A DNA stretch of 64,000 nucleotides from Nageia nagi (GCA_050084985.1 JBITNC010000001.1:174034001-174098000); one strand, 5' to 3'. Shown: positions 12,672 to 26,435, numbered from the stretch's first letter. Notes: generated by a model not told the origin, from the letters alone. Program-made: numbers and translations.

Positions 12672-13029
12672 CCCAAATTTTCCATGACACACATGATATT
12701 TGCTTTCTTTGCTGTTTACTCGTGTCCTGCACCATATTCCTGTCTTTTTGAATTTTCTCAAGTTGTTTGTATTCCTCTCGTAGATTCTTTGTCAATTCAA
12801 CAATCACGTGGACAAAGGATCCTCTCTTGGTCTATCAAGTCCGTTATTTCCTTGTTAATGCTCAAAATTTCCATGACACCTACATGATATTTGCTTCCTT
12901 AGCTATTTATTGTACACCTGCACCATGTTCTCGTCTTTTTGAATTTTCTCCAAGTTGCTTATATTCCTCCTGTAGTCTTTGTGAATTCTACAATCGTCTG
13001 GACAAAGATCTTCTCTTGTAGTCTCAACG
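12672..13029. repeat. ~190-bp imperfect tandem duplication
   Basis: TTTCCATGACAC...CATGATATTTGCTT...TCTTTTTGAATTTTCTC...GGACAAAG at ~12672 and ~12861. Confidence 0.8.
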
Positions 13030-15841
13030 ATATGTGATCTATTCTTCATTATATATTGGCAATGGTCTCAGAGAGAATATAGATTTTTCTAGTGATCATC
13101 TTGTGAGGGGCGCATCCTTGGGAGAGGTCGTGGAGAACCACTCTTATTCTTATTTTATTTCATAATCAACAAAAGTTTAAAATTACCTTGCACAACTGGA
13201 TCAATTATGAACAAATGAAGTACAATGCCCTGCCTTCTCTACAGTATATATAAGAAAATATTATTATATCAATATTTTTCCATCTTTCTGTGTTTGCATG
13301 TATTTCTATTTATGAGAATGATGAAAAGTTGATTTGTATGTTCTGGTCTTGATTGCATGATTCACTTCATTGCATATTGCTTGTATCAGATCCGCTTTAG
13401 GTTTCCTTTCCTTTGTTTTGGTTTTAGATTCGGTGAGATCAAATCAGATAAAGAACCTGCTTCTATTCCAGATCATGTAAAAAGTGATAAATCTATTGAA
13501 ACTGCAAAGGCTTAAGCCCTTTAACTGCCCTTATCTAGCTCTTTGGAACAATTGAAAGGAATATTCACTGTAGAGACAATGAAAACTGTAGGCATTTAAA
13601 TTTGCATTTTAGCGATTTTAAATGGTTTTATCCAAGTGTTTGATTTGATATATGCAAAATGTCAATTTGGAGCCACTTTGGGTAAAGCAAGGTTAAGTGA
13701 TTTTTTCTCTAAAATTTGCATTGTCTTCTATACACATTGCTGTAAGTAGGTCCACCTAGGTACACTCAAAATCTAATGTGTGAATCCTTTTCAAGGTTGG
13801 ATGAATCATGTATTGAAGCCCTATCTACAACAATGTGTGTTGGTTTTTCTTGATGATATCTTTATTTATAGAAAATTCTAGAGGAACCATCTCTAACATC
13901 TTGATCACACATTATAGTTACTTTAGGACAACCAGTTCTATGTCAAGAAGTCCAAATGTGCCTTTGGGGTGCAAATAATTGATTACCTAGATCATATCGC
14001 TTCTAAGCATGATATAAAAGGGGATCCAAAAATGATATGGGCAATGAAGGGATGTGCAAAACCTTATTTTGAAAAACTTATGGGGATTTTTGTGTCACAA
14101 ACTCACCGGCTACTATTGCAAGTTTGTTAAGGGCCTCAATAAGATAGTTGCCTCTCGCACTGCCTTGTCAAAAAAAGAACTCATTCAGATGGACAAAAAT
14201 GGTTGATCAAGCATTTGATCAATTAAAGCTTTGCTATGTGCACCACACCAATGGTTGCAAATGCTTGACTTTCCCAAAATATTTGTTAATGAGTGTGATG
14301 CATGGGGAGTACGCATTGGTGTTGTGCTCATGCAAGAGGGGTGCCCACTTGCCTTCATGAGCAAGGCTTTGATTGGGAAGAATCTTGGCAAATCAACACA
14401 TGGAAAGGAAATGCTAACAATTGTTCAGGAAATTACTTGTTGGCATCTATATCTCTTAAGGAGGCTTTTCCAAATCAAAATAGGCCATCATAGCCTAAAG
14501 CACTTTGTGGAATAAGTCTTTTTTCAGGCTAGTAGAAATGTGTTACCAAATTCATTGGATATTATTATGGGATCACTTACTGGAAAGGTAAGGAGAATGT
14601 GGTGGCAAATGTCCTTTCTCGCCTACTTGAAGGAACTAGTAAACTTTGTGTTCTATCTTTCCCTAAGGCATATTGGTTAAAAGAGGTTTAGATGGAATGG
14701 GTCAATGGCCCATGACTCTCTAAGGTCATCCAAGACCTAGCAATTGTTTCAGCATCACATTTCAATTACTCCTGGTAGGGCAAACTACTACGCTACAAAG
14801 GATGATTGGTAATCCCTAATAAGTCGTCTATTAATACTAGACTGCTTCTTGAGTTGCATTCCACTACAATTGGGGGACACTTATGCTTTCTATGTACCTA
14901 CCAAAGAGCAAAAAGGAACTTCTTTTGGGAAGGTATGAAAATGAATGTCAAGGATTTTGTGGATTATTGTGACACTTGTCAACAACAAAAAGGGGGTAGA
15001 CTAAGTCCCTGGGTCTTCTCCGACCTTTCCTTACTCCCTTAACAACTTGGTCTGATATCTCCAAGATTTTATTGAAGGGCTTCCAACTTTTGGTAGGAAA
15101 ATTGTAATATTTGTAATGGTGGACAAACTTACCAAGTATGCTCGCTTCTGTGAATCTAGGCATCTCTACACGCTAGTTATTGTTGTTCAAACCTTTATGA
15201 ATAAAATATTTCGACTTCCCAGAATGCCACACTTGATCACTAGCTATTGCATTCCCACCTTCACTAGCAAGTTTTGGCAAGAGTTTCAAACAACAAGGAA
15301 TCACCTCAAAGCACAACTCAACTTACCATCCACAAATAAATGATCAAATTGAAGCTATCAATAAATGTTTGTAAACCTAACTCAAGTGCTTGCTTCTGAT
15401 CAATAGTCTTGTTCGGTCTAATAGATCCCTGAATGGTGGACAGGTTGGTACAACACCTCCTACCATTCTTCTTTCAAGCTAATGCCATTTGAAGCATTGT
15501 ATGGCTAATTGCCACCATCCATGGTGTCATACGTACCTAGGCAACTCCAAGGTAGTGTAGTGGATGTTGTGTTAACCACTTGTACTAGCATCCTGTAGAC
15601 ACCTAAGTTTGCTTTTGATTTAATAAAAATCATTAATTTAGGTGTCTACAAATAATTATTATTTGGAGGGGATAGCAATAAAACAAATTTAAATTTTGAT
15701 GTTAAAGTCAGCTAATTCAAGAACTTTTTTCTTTTGCAAGTTATAAATAACAACCTTGAGTATAAATTTGTTTGGTGATCAAGCTATCCAATTTCCTTCC
15801 ATGATCTTTTTTTTGGTGACAATCAAATTTCTGTTTGTGTA

Positions 15842-16502
15842 TGTAATGTTCCAAAAATAAATATTTTGTAAATGTCTCCTACATTTAATTATAAAAGTGG
15901 AAAAGGGGTTCATGTGACTAGGAGACATAACTTAAGTTGTGTTTATTTATGTTTTATATTTTTATTTTTTGTAATAAGGTACTTTAAGTGATTTTAGGGT
16001 TAGGAGATGTCAACTCCAAATTAGAACCTCATTCTATAAAAGGAAGTGAGCATCTCATTTGGAGCATGTTATGTGATATGAGAATTGAATATTGAAACCC
16101 TAGAGTTTCCATGAGCTGAGATTGCAGGTCTTGCTTATTCCCATAGTGCATTGGAGGTGCATAGTTGGGGACTTGGCAATATCATTGAAGTGTTATTGCC
16201 CTAAAATATCAAAAATACAAAAAGAGGCATCTGTGAGTGGTTCGTGGCATTTCTTTTGTGGAGGGATTCACTTAGTTTGGAAAGTTTGTATTTGCATTTT
16301 TAGTTTCGTGAGGATTCCATTTGTCCATTCCAGCTTTGTATTGGTTTGGAAATATTTAATATAAGATACTGGCTGATTTCTCCTCGTACTAGTGTTATTT
16401 TATGAGCAATTTCTGAGTTATTTTATTGCTGCAATTTATTTCTGCATTTTTATATTGAGGGTTTGCTAGAAATAAAGAAATAAAAATAAAAGGAACATCA
16501 CA
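15842..16502 (+). repeat. 5' LTR (661 bp)
   Basis: Direct repeat of 21838-22472; TATA CTATAAAA at ~16034. Confidence 0.95.
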
Positions 16503-16504
16503 AG

Positions 16505-16517
16505 TGGTATCAGAGCC
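16505..16517 (+). promoter_or_regulatory. Primer binding site (initiator tRNA-Met)
   Basis: TGGTATCAGAGCC two bases after the 5' LTR. Confidence 0.9.
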
Positions 16518-17091
16518 ATGTTCTTGCCAGCCTGTGGTTAGATCTAACATTTTTCAAAGATTTGGAGTTAGAGTTTTTGCAGAAAATTCAGATCTTCAGT
16601 TTCCAGCATCTGGGTATTGAAGAAATTTGGGTGATCTGCATTTTAAAAAGCAATTTTCGGAGTCAAAAAGGCATTTTTTTAAGAAATCTGCATTCCTAGA
16701 CTAAGTCGTCTAGGTTTGGGAGAAAAAAAAAATATTTGCAGGATTGAAAGCTATTTTCAAGCCCAAAAAGTCTTTGATCTATTATTCTAGCCAGTAAAAA
16801 AAAAAAAAAATTGGAGTTGTGTTTTCTTTGAATTAGGGTTTTCAAAAAAATTAGGGATTTCAGAAATTTTTTGTGGGTGTTTCAGATTCATGTTAAAAAG
16901 TGTTTTTCTATGGTGAAAATTTATGCCCTGGTGAAAATTGCGGATTTTTAGGGATGTGTATTAGAAAATAAAAATTGCAGATTTGGATACCCTTTTGGCC
17001 GAATTGAAGATTTGTGGCTTCAGAAAAATTTGGTGGTAAGAATTTTTCAGTATTTCAAAATTCCATTCTTTTGAAGGTTTGATAGGGTTTT

Positions 17092-20000
17092 ATGCATCGT
17101 CCCCCTATTCATCAGTATTTTACTAGGAAAAACAAACTTGCTTTGGAAATGGCAAACAGGGCAGAGGATGAGGAGCCCCAAAGGCCAGTTGATAGGACTG
17201 AGCAAAAGTTCGAATGCCCTACTTAACATGCTGCAAAGAATGGTGTCCTTACAAGAGACAAATCAGCAAGAATTGAGGGCAGCTTTGGGCAAGCCAAATG
17301 GCACAAGGAGGGAAGGAGAAAGGGGGAAAAACAACAATGGGCATGAGTCATCATCTAATTCACATACTCCCTTGCTTAGGCCATCCAAGCCTATGTTTCT
17401 TGCTCCACCACCTTCACCAGAAGAAGATGAGGTAACTGATGAATTAGATGAATGGTTTGCTGCTTATAGTAATAAATCTGAAGGTTTTAGGGTAGCAGTT
17501 TCTTTTGATAAATATTTGAAGATTGTGGGTAAATCTGTTGTTGAGGCTAAAAAAGAGAAAAAGAAACCCTTATTGCATCAAAAGGTGACCATTCCCTCAT
17601 TTAATGGTCAAGATGGTCTCATAGCTAGGGCATGGCTTCAAAAATTGCAAACTTATTTTACCTTGGAGCCTATTTCTGAAGCTGATGCAGTTCAGATTGC
17701 TACACTTCACCTGGAGGGTAGTGCTTACTCATGGTGGCATCATGGGTTAGTAACCCAAGGGCATAGTGATATTGATACATTTGATGAGTTTTGTGTTAGG
17801 GTTTTGAACAGGTTTGAAAGAAGGAATGTGGAAGAGTATTTTAAGGAGCTTGCCACTTTGAAGCAAACTTCATCCATTCATGCCTATGTGGAGGAGTTTG
17901 AGCAACTTTTAGTTCAGGTACAAAACATATCACCCAAGAGGGTAATTTTTCTTTTTATGGATGGTTTATTGGAACCTTTGAAAGGGCTAGTTAAGGCTTT
18001 TGAGCTAGTTACTCTTGATGATGCCATTAAGAGGGCTTTGAACTTGGAATCTGTTTTACCTCCTAGGCAGAAATATGTTGAACATAACACATCTGTTAGA
18101 CCACATTTTGCAGCTAGGAAAACAGGTTTTGGACAGCAGTATGGACAATCAGGAAATCTCACGCAGCAAGGTGGAAATGAAAGGAATTTTTATGGAAAGA
18201 ATCCCATGCATAGAGAGGGTTTCAGATCTGGTTTTCAGCCATCTAATAAGCCCCCAAATGGACCACGCTTGACACAAGAAGAGAAAGATGAGCTAAGGAA
18301 ACAAAACAAGTGTTTCATTTGCAAGTCTCCTTGGCAAAGAGGTCATAAATGTAGAGAAGGAGGTATGAAAATCATTGAATTACATTCTGATTCTGATTCT
18401 GATAATTCTGATTTTTATGAGGCAGATGAGACACCTTTGGAAGAGGAAGCACAAAGGGAGTATGAGGAAGTTCCTGAAGGTTCCCTAGCCACTTTGAGTG
18501 GGTTGAATCAGTTTCGCACTATTAAAGTACCAGGTAGATCTTTTGATGAGAAGGTTATTGTTTTAATAGATGGTGGTGCTACTTACAATTTTGTTGATGA
18601 GAAGTTTGCCACTAGAAAGAATCTTCCTACAGCTATCATTCCTGGTTTTAGTGTTGCTATTGGCAATGGTGATCTTATCACTTGCAACAAAGTGGTAAGA
18701 AACACAAAAATTAATGTTGGCAACATGGAAGTAGATGAGCAGTTCTTTGTTTTTCCCTTAGGAGGCATTCCACATATGGTTTTGGGTGTGCAATGGTTAT
18801 ATTCACTTGGTGATTATGTTACTAATTATTAAAAATTAGAACTGAAATTTGTGCTTGAAGGGAAAGATGTGGTGTTGCAAGGAATAAAGGAAAATGGGCC
18901 AAAAGATTCTTGCAAAATTTTGGATGTCTCTTGCAAAAGAATGGAGAGAATGATGAGGCATAGAGAAATTGAATGGGCAGCTGTAATTTTCAGTACAGAA
19001 GGAAAAAAATCAACCACCTATCATCCTCAAATTCAAGGTTTGCTACAACATCTTAAGGTATTTTCTAACCTACCTAAAGGTTTGCCACCTAGTAGAGGTT
19101 TTCAGCATGTTATTGAATTGGAAGCAAATAGTAAACCTGTTATAATAAAACCTTATAGGCATCCAAAGGTTTTTAAAGATGAGATTGAGAAAACAATTGC
19201 TGAATTGCTTGAGAGTGGACACATTAGACCTAGTTGTAGTCCTTTTGCCTCACCTGTTGTTTTAGTGAAAAAGAAGGATGGAACTATGAGAATGTGCATT
19301 GATTATAGGGCATTGAATAAAAAAACCATAAAAAATAGATATCCTATTCCTAGAGTTGATGAATTGATGGATGAGTTACATGGGGCTAAGTATTTTTCAA
19401 AAATTGATCTTAGATCAGGATATCATCAAATTCGTATGAAGGATGAGGATGTGTATAAAACAGCATTTAGATGCCATTGTGGACACTATGAGTTTATGGT
19501 TATGCCTTTTGGATTGACTAATGCATCTGCCACTTTTCAATCAGCCATGAATCAAATTTTCAGTCAGCATTTGAGGCTCTTTGTCTTGGTATTTTTTTAT
19601 GATATTTTGGTATATAACAAAAATTGGGATGATCATTTACAACATTTAGATTAGTTTTGAGCATTTTAGGACAGCAAGAGTTTTATGCAAAAGAATCTAA
19701 GTGTGAATTTGCTATGACTGAAATTTTGTACTTGAGGCATATTATTTGCAAGGATGGGGTGAAAGTTGATCAAGCTAAAGTTTCAGCTGTACAAAGATGG
19801 CCTATACCATCCAACCTAACAGAATTGAGAGGTTTTGTGGGATTATGCAGTTACTACAGGAGGTTCATTAAGGGGTTTTCATCTTTGGCTGCTCCTCTTA
19901 CTGAATTGACTAAGAAAGGGGCTTTTTCATGGTCCAATGAGGCTCTTCTAAGTTTTCTAAAGTTGAAGGATGTAATGACTTCCACTCCTTTACTTGCTAT

Positions 20001-21856
20001 TCTTGATTTTTCTGTTGCTTCTACTATTGCTTGTGATGCTTCGGGTGCTGGAGTTGGAGCTGTACTTATGCAACAAGGACACCCTATTGCCTATGAGAGT
20101 AGAAAGTTCTCAAATGTGGAGAAAACTTTCAGCATCTATGATAAAGAGATGCTAGCTATCATGCATGCCTTGACCAAATTCAAGCAATACTTGGTGTGTG
20201 GCAAGTTTGTGGTCAAAACTGATCATAACAATTTGAAATACTTCTTGGGACAAGCTGAACTAAATGAAAGACAACAAAAATGGGTAACAAAGTTGCAATC
20301 ATATGATTTTGAAATTGAATTTGTAAAGGGTAAGAAGAATTCAGCAGCTGATGCACTTTCTAGGCACCCTACTTTTCATTCTCTTTCCATTATTTCTGCT
20401 GATTGGAAAGTAAAAATTAAGGCAGAATATGCGAAGAATGATTTTTGCTCTAAACTAATAAATGGGAAGTTGAAGATGATAGGTTCAGCCATAAAGAAGG
20501 ACTGATTTTCTGCAAGGGAAGAGTGTTTTTAGTACCTGAATCAAAGTTGAAACAAACTTTAATGACAGCCATGCATGATGCTCCACTTGTAGGCCGTCCA
20601 GGTTTCTACAAGACTTACAAACAGGTTAGAGAAAGATTCTATTGGAAGGGTTTGAAAAGAGATGTTTTCTTGCATGTTCAGGAATGTGTTATTTGCCAAG
20701 AAAATAAGGGAGAACATGAATTTTCAGCTGGTTTACTTCAGCCACTTCCTATTCCCAATTAGAAATGGGAAAGTATCTCCATGGATTTCATTACTGGTTT
20801 GCCCAAGGTATACATGAAGGATTGCATATTCGTTGTTGTTGATAGATTGACAAAATTTGCTCATTTCTATGCCATTTCAGCAACTTATACACCCATACAA
20901 GTTACTGATTTGTTTTTCAAAGAAGTTTTTAGATTGCATGGTTTGCCTAGATCCATTGTGAGTGATAGGGACAAAAGATTTTTGAGCATGTTTTGGCAAG
21001 AATTGTTTAAGCTATGTGGTACTAAATTGACTCCTAGTACTAGCTACCATTCCCAAACTGATGGGCAAACTAAAATTGTTAACAAATGGCTTGAAGGGTA
21101 TTTGAGAAATTATGTTTCAAGTCAGCAAAGTGCATGGGTTAAATGGCTGCACCTTGGTGAATACTACTACAATTCTACTTATCATATGTCCATAAAAATG
21201 TCTCCATTCAAGGCACTTTATGGTTATGATGCACCACACTTTTCAGATCTGATTTTTGGTGATTCAAAGGTCCAAAAAGCTAGAGACTTTGCAGTAGAAA
21301 ATCAAGCTATTCTTAATGCTTTGAAGGATAATATTCTTATGGCACAAAATCAGCAGAAGAAGTATGCAGATCAACAACGTAGTGAGTGCTCATTTGAGGT
21401 GGGTGGCTTGGTTTATGTTAGGTTGCAGCCCTACAAACAGTCCACATTGAAGAAGAGTGGAGTAGAGAAGCTAAAACCCAGGTTCTATGGGCCTTACAAG
21501 GTGATTAGCAAGGTTGGACAGGTTGCATATGCTTTGGAACTTCCAAGTGAGAGTAAGATACACAATGTTTTTCATGTTTCTTGCTGAAAAAGGCTTTAGG
21601 CCAACATGTTCAGCCATCTTCAGATTTGCCACCTCTTGATGATGAAGGAAAGCTCATTCTTGAACCTGAATTGATCCTTGAGACAAGGGAGAAAAAGCTT
21701 AGGAGTAGGACTATCAAAGAATATCTTGTGAAATGGAAGAACTTGCCTATGGAGGATGCTACTTGGTAAGGTGCAGAAATTTTAGATGATCCAACTTTGA
21801 CTTTGCTTGAGGACAAGCAATTTGAGGAGGGTGGACTTGTAATGTTCCAAAAATAA
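17092..21856 (+). pseudogene. gag-pol polyprotein with in-frame stops and frameshifts
   Basis: Likely ATG 17092; Gag with CFICKSPWQRGHKC; PR LIDGGAT; RT with FFDD mutated to FFYD; RH CDASG; INT SMDFI/IVSDRD; chromodomain EYLVKWKNLPMEDATW. Stops at 18830, 20760, 21767; frameshifts near 17213, 19650, 20465, 21583. Confidence 0.9.
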
Positions 21857-22472
21857 ATATTTTGTAAATGTTTCCTACACTTAATTATAAAAGTGGAAAA
21901 GGGGTTCATGTGACTAGAAGACATAACTTAAGTTGTGTTTATTTATGTTTTATATTTTTATTTTTTGTAATAAGGTACTTTAAGTGATTTTAGGGTTAGG
22001 AGATGTCAACTCCAAATTAGAACCTCATTCTATAAAAGGAAGTGAGCATCTCATTTGGAGCATGTTATGTGATATGAGAATTGAATATTGAAACCCTAGA
22101 GTTTCCATGAGTTGAGATTGCAAGTCTTGCTCATTCCCATAGTGCATTGGAGGTGCATAGTTGGGGACTTGGCAATATCATTGAAGGTGTTATTGCCCTA
22201 AAATATCAAAAATACAAAAAGAGGCATCTGTGAGTGGTTCGTGGCATTTCTTTTGTGGAGGGATTCACTCAGTTTGGAAAGTTTGTATCTACATTTTTAG
22301 TTTCGTGAGGATTGCATTTGTCCATTCCAGCTTTGTATTGGTTTGGAAATATTTAATATATGATACTGGCTGATTTCTCCTCATACTAGTGTTATTTTAT
22401 GAGCAATTTCTCTGCATTTTTATATTGAGGGTTTGCTAGAAATAAAGAAATAAAAATAAAAGGAACATCACA
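21838..22472 (+). repeat. 3' LTR (635 bp)
   Basis: Direct repeat of the 5' LTR, preceded by the PPT and followed by TSD GTGTA. Confidence 0.95.
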
Positions 22473-25400
22473 GTGTAATATAGAGAGTTTTGAGCTGAAA
22501 GAAAAACGAACATTCAAGCCAAATCTTGAAAAGGATCCTCCAGTTGTTTCAACTTTCAAATTTGCAAAAAGTGTCAAAAATAGAACCACCACCACTCCTG
22601 TCATGATAATACAAGATTGATGTCCCTCCTATTTTTGAGGAGTTTCACGTTTGAAAAGTTTGGGCAAGGTGGTCTAGAGTCACATTTGGACATCTGTTTC
22701 TCCGTTTAAGCCCTCCAAGTTCATCAAAGGGAAATCTCATGAAAAAAGCACTAACATATCTCTAAGCCAAAATGTAGGATTTTAAGTCGTATCGAGGTTA
22801 ATGAACTGTAGAAATGAGGTGTCAAGGTAAACAACTAGCTTTTGCAATTTTTTGTTTTCACGAAAAATCCAAAAATAGAATTGGTACCACTCCTTTCTAA
22901 GCAAGATAAGACAACCACCACTTCTGTTTTTAAGGAATTTTGACTCTCAGTAAGTTGCTATAGAATCCTAATTTGACATAGAGGCATGTTCAGACATTTA
23001 TTTCTTTGTTTTAGGTCCTGAATTCAATCAATTATTTCATTTCATATTTATTTTTAGGTACTAATCTAACAAGGAGGAGCTTGATCATCATTGAGATTGG
23101 TCCTAACCCATGCAAATCCAACACAAGCATCAAACCTTGAAGCTTCAGGTGATGTTTGAGAGAGTTTTGGAGGCTTCTTCAAAGGGGTTAGATTCATCAA
23201 ATTAGGTGCACAAGTATTGTTTTCCATGTTTCATCATGTTGATGCATGCTAGATCTAGGATTGCTATGCTTAATTGGTTTGATTTGTCATAGAGCTCATG
23301 TGCCTTAGTTTGTATGATTGCGCCATATTGCTACATTGATCTATATTGCTATATCTATATTTCATTTGTAGGCAAAATATTATTTGTTAGTTATAATATT
23401 GCAAATTGCTTTTATTTATCTACACATCCTACAAATCCGTAGAACTTGGCTATGGCACAAAATAGGATGAAACAAGAAGCAGGTGGACATAAATTGGAGC
23501 AACATTTTGAAGGAGATTCGGTCTTTTGATGACTCCATCTTTGCAAGAAGACATCCTTGAAATTAAAGGTTCATCAAAAACTTGCTCCAAAGATTAATGG
23601 GCCCTAGAGTTACTCAATGGATTGGGGAGGCTGAATACAAGTTGTAGTTACCACCAACATCCAAGATCCCCCTACTCTTTCATGTGTTTTACCTGAAAAA
23701 GGTAATTAATAATAATGCCCGCCCCTAGAGAGTACTCCAAGAACTGGACGATAGAGCCTTGGTCAGTGTGAACGTCAACTTTGTTCTAGGATGATCACAA
23801 AAAGTTTTTATATAATGGGAGGACTACTACTAGATGATGCCATACGGAAATCTCAGGCTTTTATTGATTGCTTCCAGAATTCAAGCTTTAAGGACTAAGC
23901 TTTCTCAAGGGGGGATGACATGTTTTGTTCCCACTTTGTCACATTTGTAAGGGAATGTATGGGTGAACACGTCACTCACTATTGTAAGGGGGAGGATACA
24001 TGTCATATCTTATTGTAAGGGAATACATGATACATGTAAGAAATCTGTGTAAGAGAAAACACTATCTTAGGTATTTCTCTTATATCATGCCAAGAATGCA
24101 AGCCATGAGTAGCCTATAATTTGTATTAAGTCAACTCATATTGGCAGGGTTTTTCCTCTAAGAGACCTGTGAAATACAAGGGAAGTGCTATTTCCTTACC
24201 ATTTTATGTCTATTACTATGTTCAATTTCATTTTTCTGTAATATTTACTATATGGCATTCTAACAATATCCTTGCTAGTTATCTCTATGTTCCATGCTAG
24301 AAATATTTTTACAGCCAAGTTTGTAGAGTCCATATGGGTCTGCACCAAATCTTTCCAAGTTGACTACATCACTAACAAGGCCAAAGCTCCCAAATCTTGA
24401 AAGTTGTGGAACTGATAATTTAGTGGTCTTGAAATATCACCATAGATATGGAGATGCACCTCAGTTTCCCAAATGCCAAGTAAATGGCAGTTTAAGATTT
24501 GCAATGTTATATGTTTAAGAGAGAGAGGAAGCCCATAGCCAAGGGCAATTGATGGGAGAAGTGAAAAATTTTCAAAGACTGATACCAAGATTTGTGATTA
24601 GGGAAAATCGATGAGGGTTCAAGAAAGATGATTTGGAAAATTTTAAGCTATATTGCAGGAATTGCTGAAAACAACAATTAGAATCTTCGGAAATATTCAA
24701 ATATGAGTACAGAAATGGGCGTACTACCACCAGGATATATCAAAAACTTTGCGGTAGACTTTTGGAAGCAGTAATGTGGGAGATCATAGGACAAGTGAAG
24801 AACATGAAAAATAGCAGGATATATGCCATTTGAAATTTAAATAAAACAATTATGCCTTTGCCATTGTGATGCCTATACTCAGCAATTTTGTTGGCCAGTT
24901 TTACTATTCTATTTTCTTTTTTGGTGTGTGTATGAAATATGAATAAGCAGTCCGTTGTTTTAAACTTTCTTTCAAGGATTTTCACTATTTTAGAGTTGTA
25001 ATCGGTTATTTTGGTGAGTAAGAAGTTAGGTCAAGTACAGACAAAATCTTTGAACAAAAAAAACTCAGTTATAGGTTTTCCGTAGAACTTTTCCGGCTTT
25101 TTCCATTCTTTCTTTAAGTTTACGAAAGTTTGTAGAAGTTGGAAATGGATTTCAAATTAAAAATGATTTCTTGTTGGAGTACATTCAACTCCTCTTTTCA
25201 CATGAATATATATGATGTATTAACGAACACGTAAGATTAAGGTTTGTATCAACCAGAAAGTATTGTAAATGTGTGAGATGCAAATACATATTATTCTTCT
25301 GCAGTTTCCCTGTGCATCTTCCATATGTATTTTCTAAGTTCATTTTAATTTGCATTTTGAGATTTTCTTCTTGTGCATGTTCATGGGGACATCATTCTTT

Positions 25401-25873
25401 TCAGTTTGAATAGTTATCTGAGATAAAAGGTGTTACATATATTATATGGAATTTGGATGCGTTGGTCTATATTTAGTCTCAAGATTTTGGCTTTCAAGAG
25501 ACATAAGATTTAGGATTTACTTTATTAGGAATAAGACTTTTCAGGTGTTCCCATAAACATGAACAACAACAACAAGAACTCTCATATTATCATCTAAGAT
25601 AGCGGATTCGGTAGGAACAGCATAAAAAACTTCCACTACCAAACCAATCAATTGCAGCTATAAAAGATAAAGTTGAGGACAGAAAATACTGGGCCTGGGA
25701 TTATATATGAAATGCATCTTGTCAATAAGTTGTCTATAACTATCTTTGTCGTTTTCTAAACGAATGTTGTCTATATGCTTTCTCCTTTTAGAATTTATCT
25801 GTGCACCAGTTTTTGTTTTTTCCAACATGCTTAGGACATAGCTACGGTGACACATGTTATTTTTATGACGTTA

Positions 25874-25980
25874 AGGGATTGTTAAAAGTATTTTCAATTA
25901 CTTGAAGTTGAGGGATGGTTAAAAGTATTTTCAATTACTTGAAGTTGAGGGATGGTTAAAAATATTTTCAATTACTTGAA
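25874..25980. repeat. 37-bp minisatellite, about 3 copies
   Basis: AGGGATGGTTAAAAGTATTTTCAATTACTTGAAGTTG units starting at 25874, 25911 and 25948. Confidence 0.9.
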
Positions 25981-26435
25981 TTATCTATTTATCTTTTAGT
26001 CTCGTTTTCAAGATGCAGATGTATAAAAGATCCAGATGCTAGGCCAGAGACTTCTATTATTCTGTTAAATTTCCAGCTTCACGATGCATAATCCAAAGAC
26101 TAAGCATACACACATTTGATGTTTTAAAGGACAATTTTCTACCTCAATTTCCCCTTAATACTTAGGATAATGTACAGAGGAGTGAGTTGCTTCTGAAATT
26201 GTTGCAAACTTCCCTCTGAAGACTCCCTATGAATTCATGAAATTTAGTAAACTCGGACAAAGTTTGATAAGTTATTTACCTGAGTTCTTTGCTATTTTAG
26301 TAGCTATATCTTAATAGATAGATTCTTTGATGAAGGGTAATGATGTTTTCTTGTACGGTTAACTTGACTGATATTTTTCCTTGACAACTGATAACTAATT
26401 TATTAATAACCCAAATATAAATGTTTTTTATGCAG

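Larger units (their letters stand above)
15842..22472 (+). mobile_element. Full-length Ty3/gypsy chromovirus (Reina-like), 6631 bp, disabled
   Basis: LTRs 15842-16502 and 21838-22472 (TG...CA; ~12 substitutions plus 27-bp and 1-bp indels by eye); TSD GTGTA; PBS TGGTATCAGAGCC; PPT GAGGAGGGTGGA; gag-PR-RT-RH-INT-chromodomain order. Confidence 0.95.
15594..23424. mobile_element. Solo LTR (~1.2 kb net) inserted in the old gypsy integrase, itself split by the younger element
   Basis: TGTAGA...TCTACA termini with perfect TSD CATCC (15589-15593 / 23425-23429); removing it rejoins the host integrase sequence. Confidence 0.85.
13790..24265 (+). mobile_element. Old, heavily decayed Ty3/gypsy chromovirus (RT-RH-INT-chromo, PPT, 3' LTR) split by nested insertions
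   Basis: RT VLVFLDDIFIY (~13840); RH ECDAWGVRIGVVLMQEG; INT to 15593, resuming at 23425 (NLAMAQNRMKQ...LFHVFYLKKV); PPT AAGGGGGGA ~23907; LTR from ~23921. Confidence 0.8.
8407..26435 (+). other. 18,029-bp GT-AG intron of the CAR-like gene, filled with nested TEs
   Basis: Joins LQL to QVLDKD in frame, giving a continuous C2 domain. Confidence 0.85.

Noticed and set aside
13030-13395. 5' LTR/PBS of the old intronic gypsy (TTGTATCAGATCC)
   Set aside because: No visible similarity to the 3' LTR at ~23921-24265 and no gag between it and RT.
18830-18832. Programmed gag-pol stop read-through
   Set aside because: The TAA lies after the protease domain and is most simply a point mutation; the element has many other lesions.
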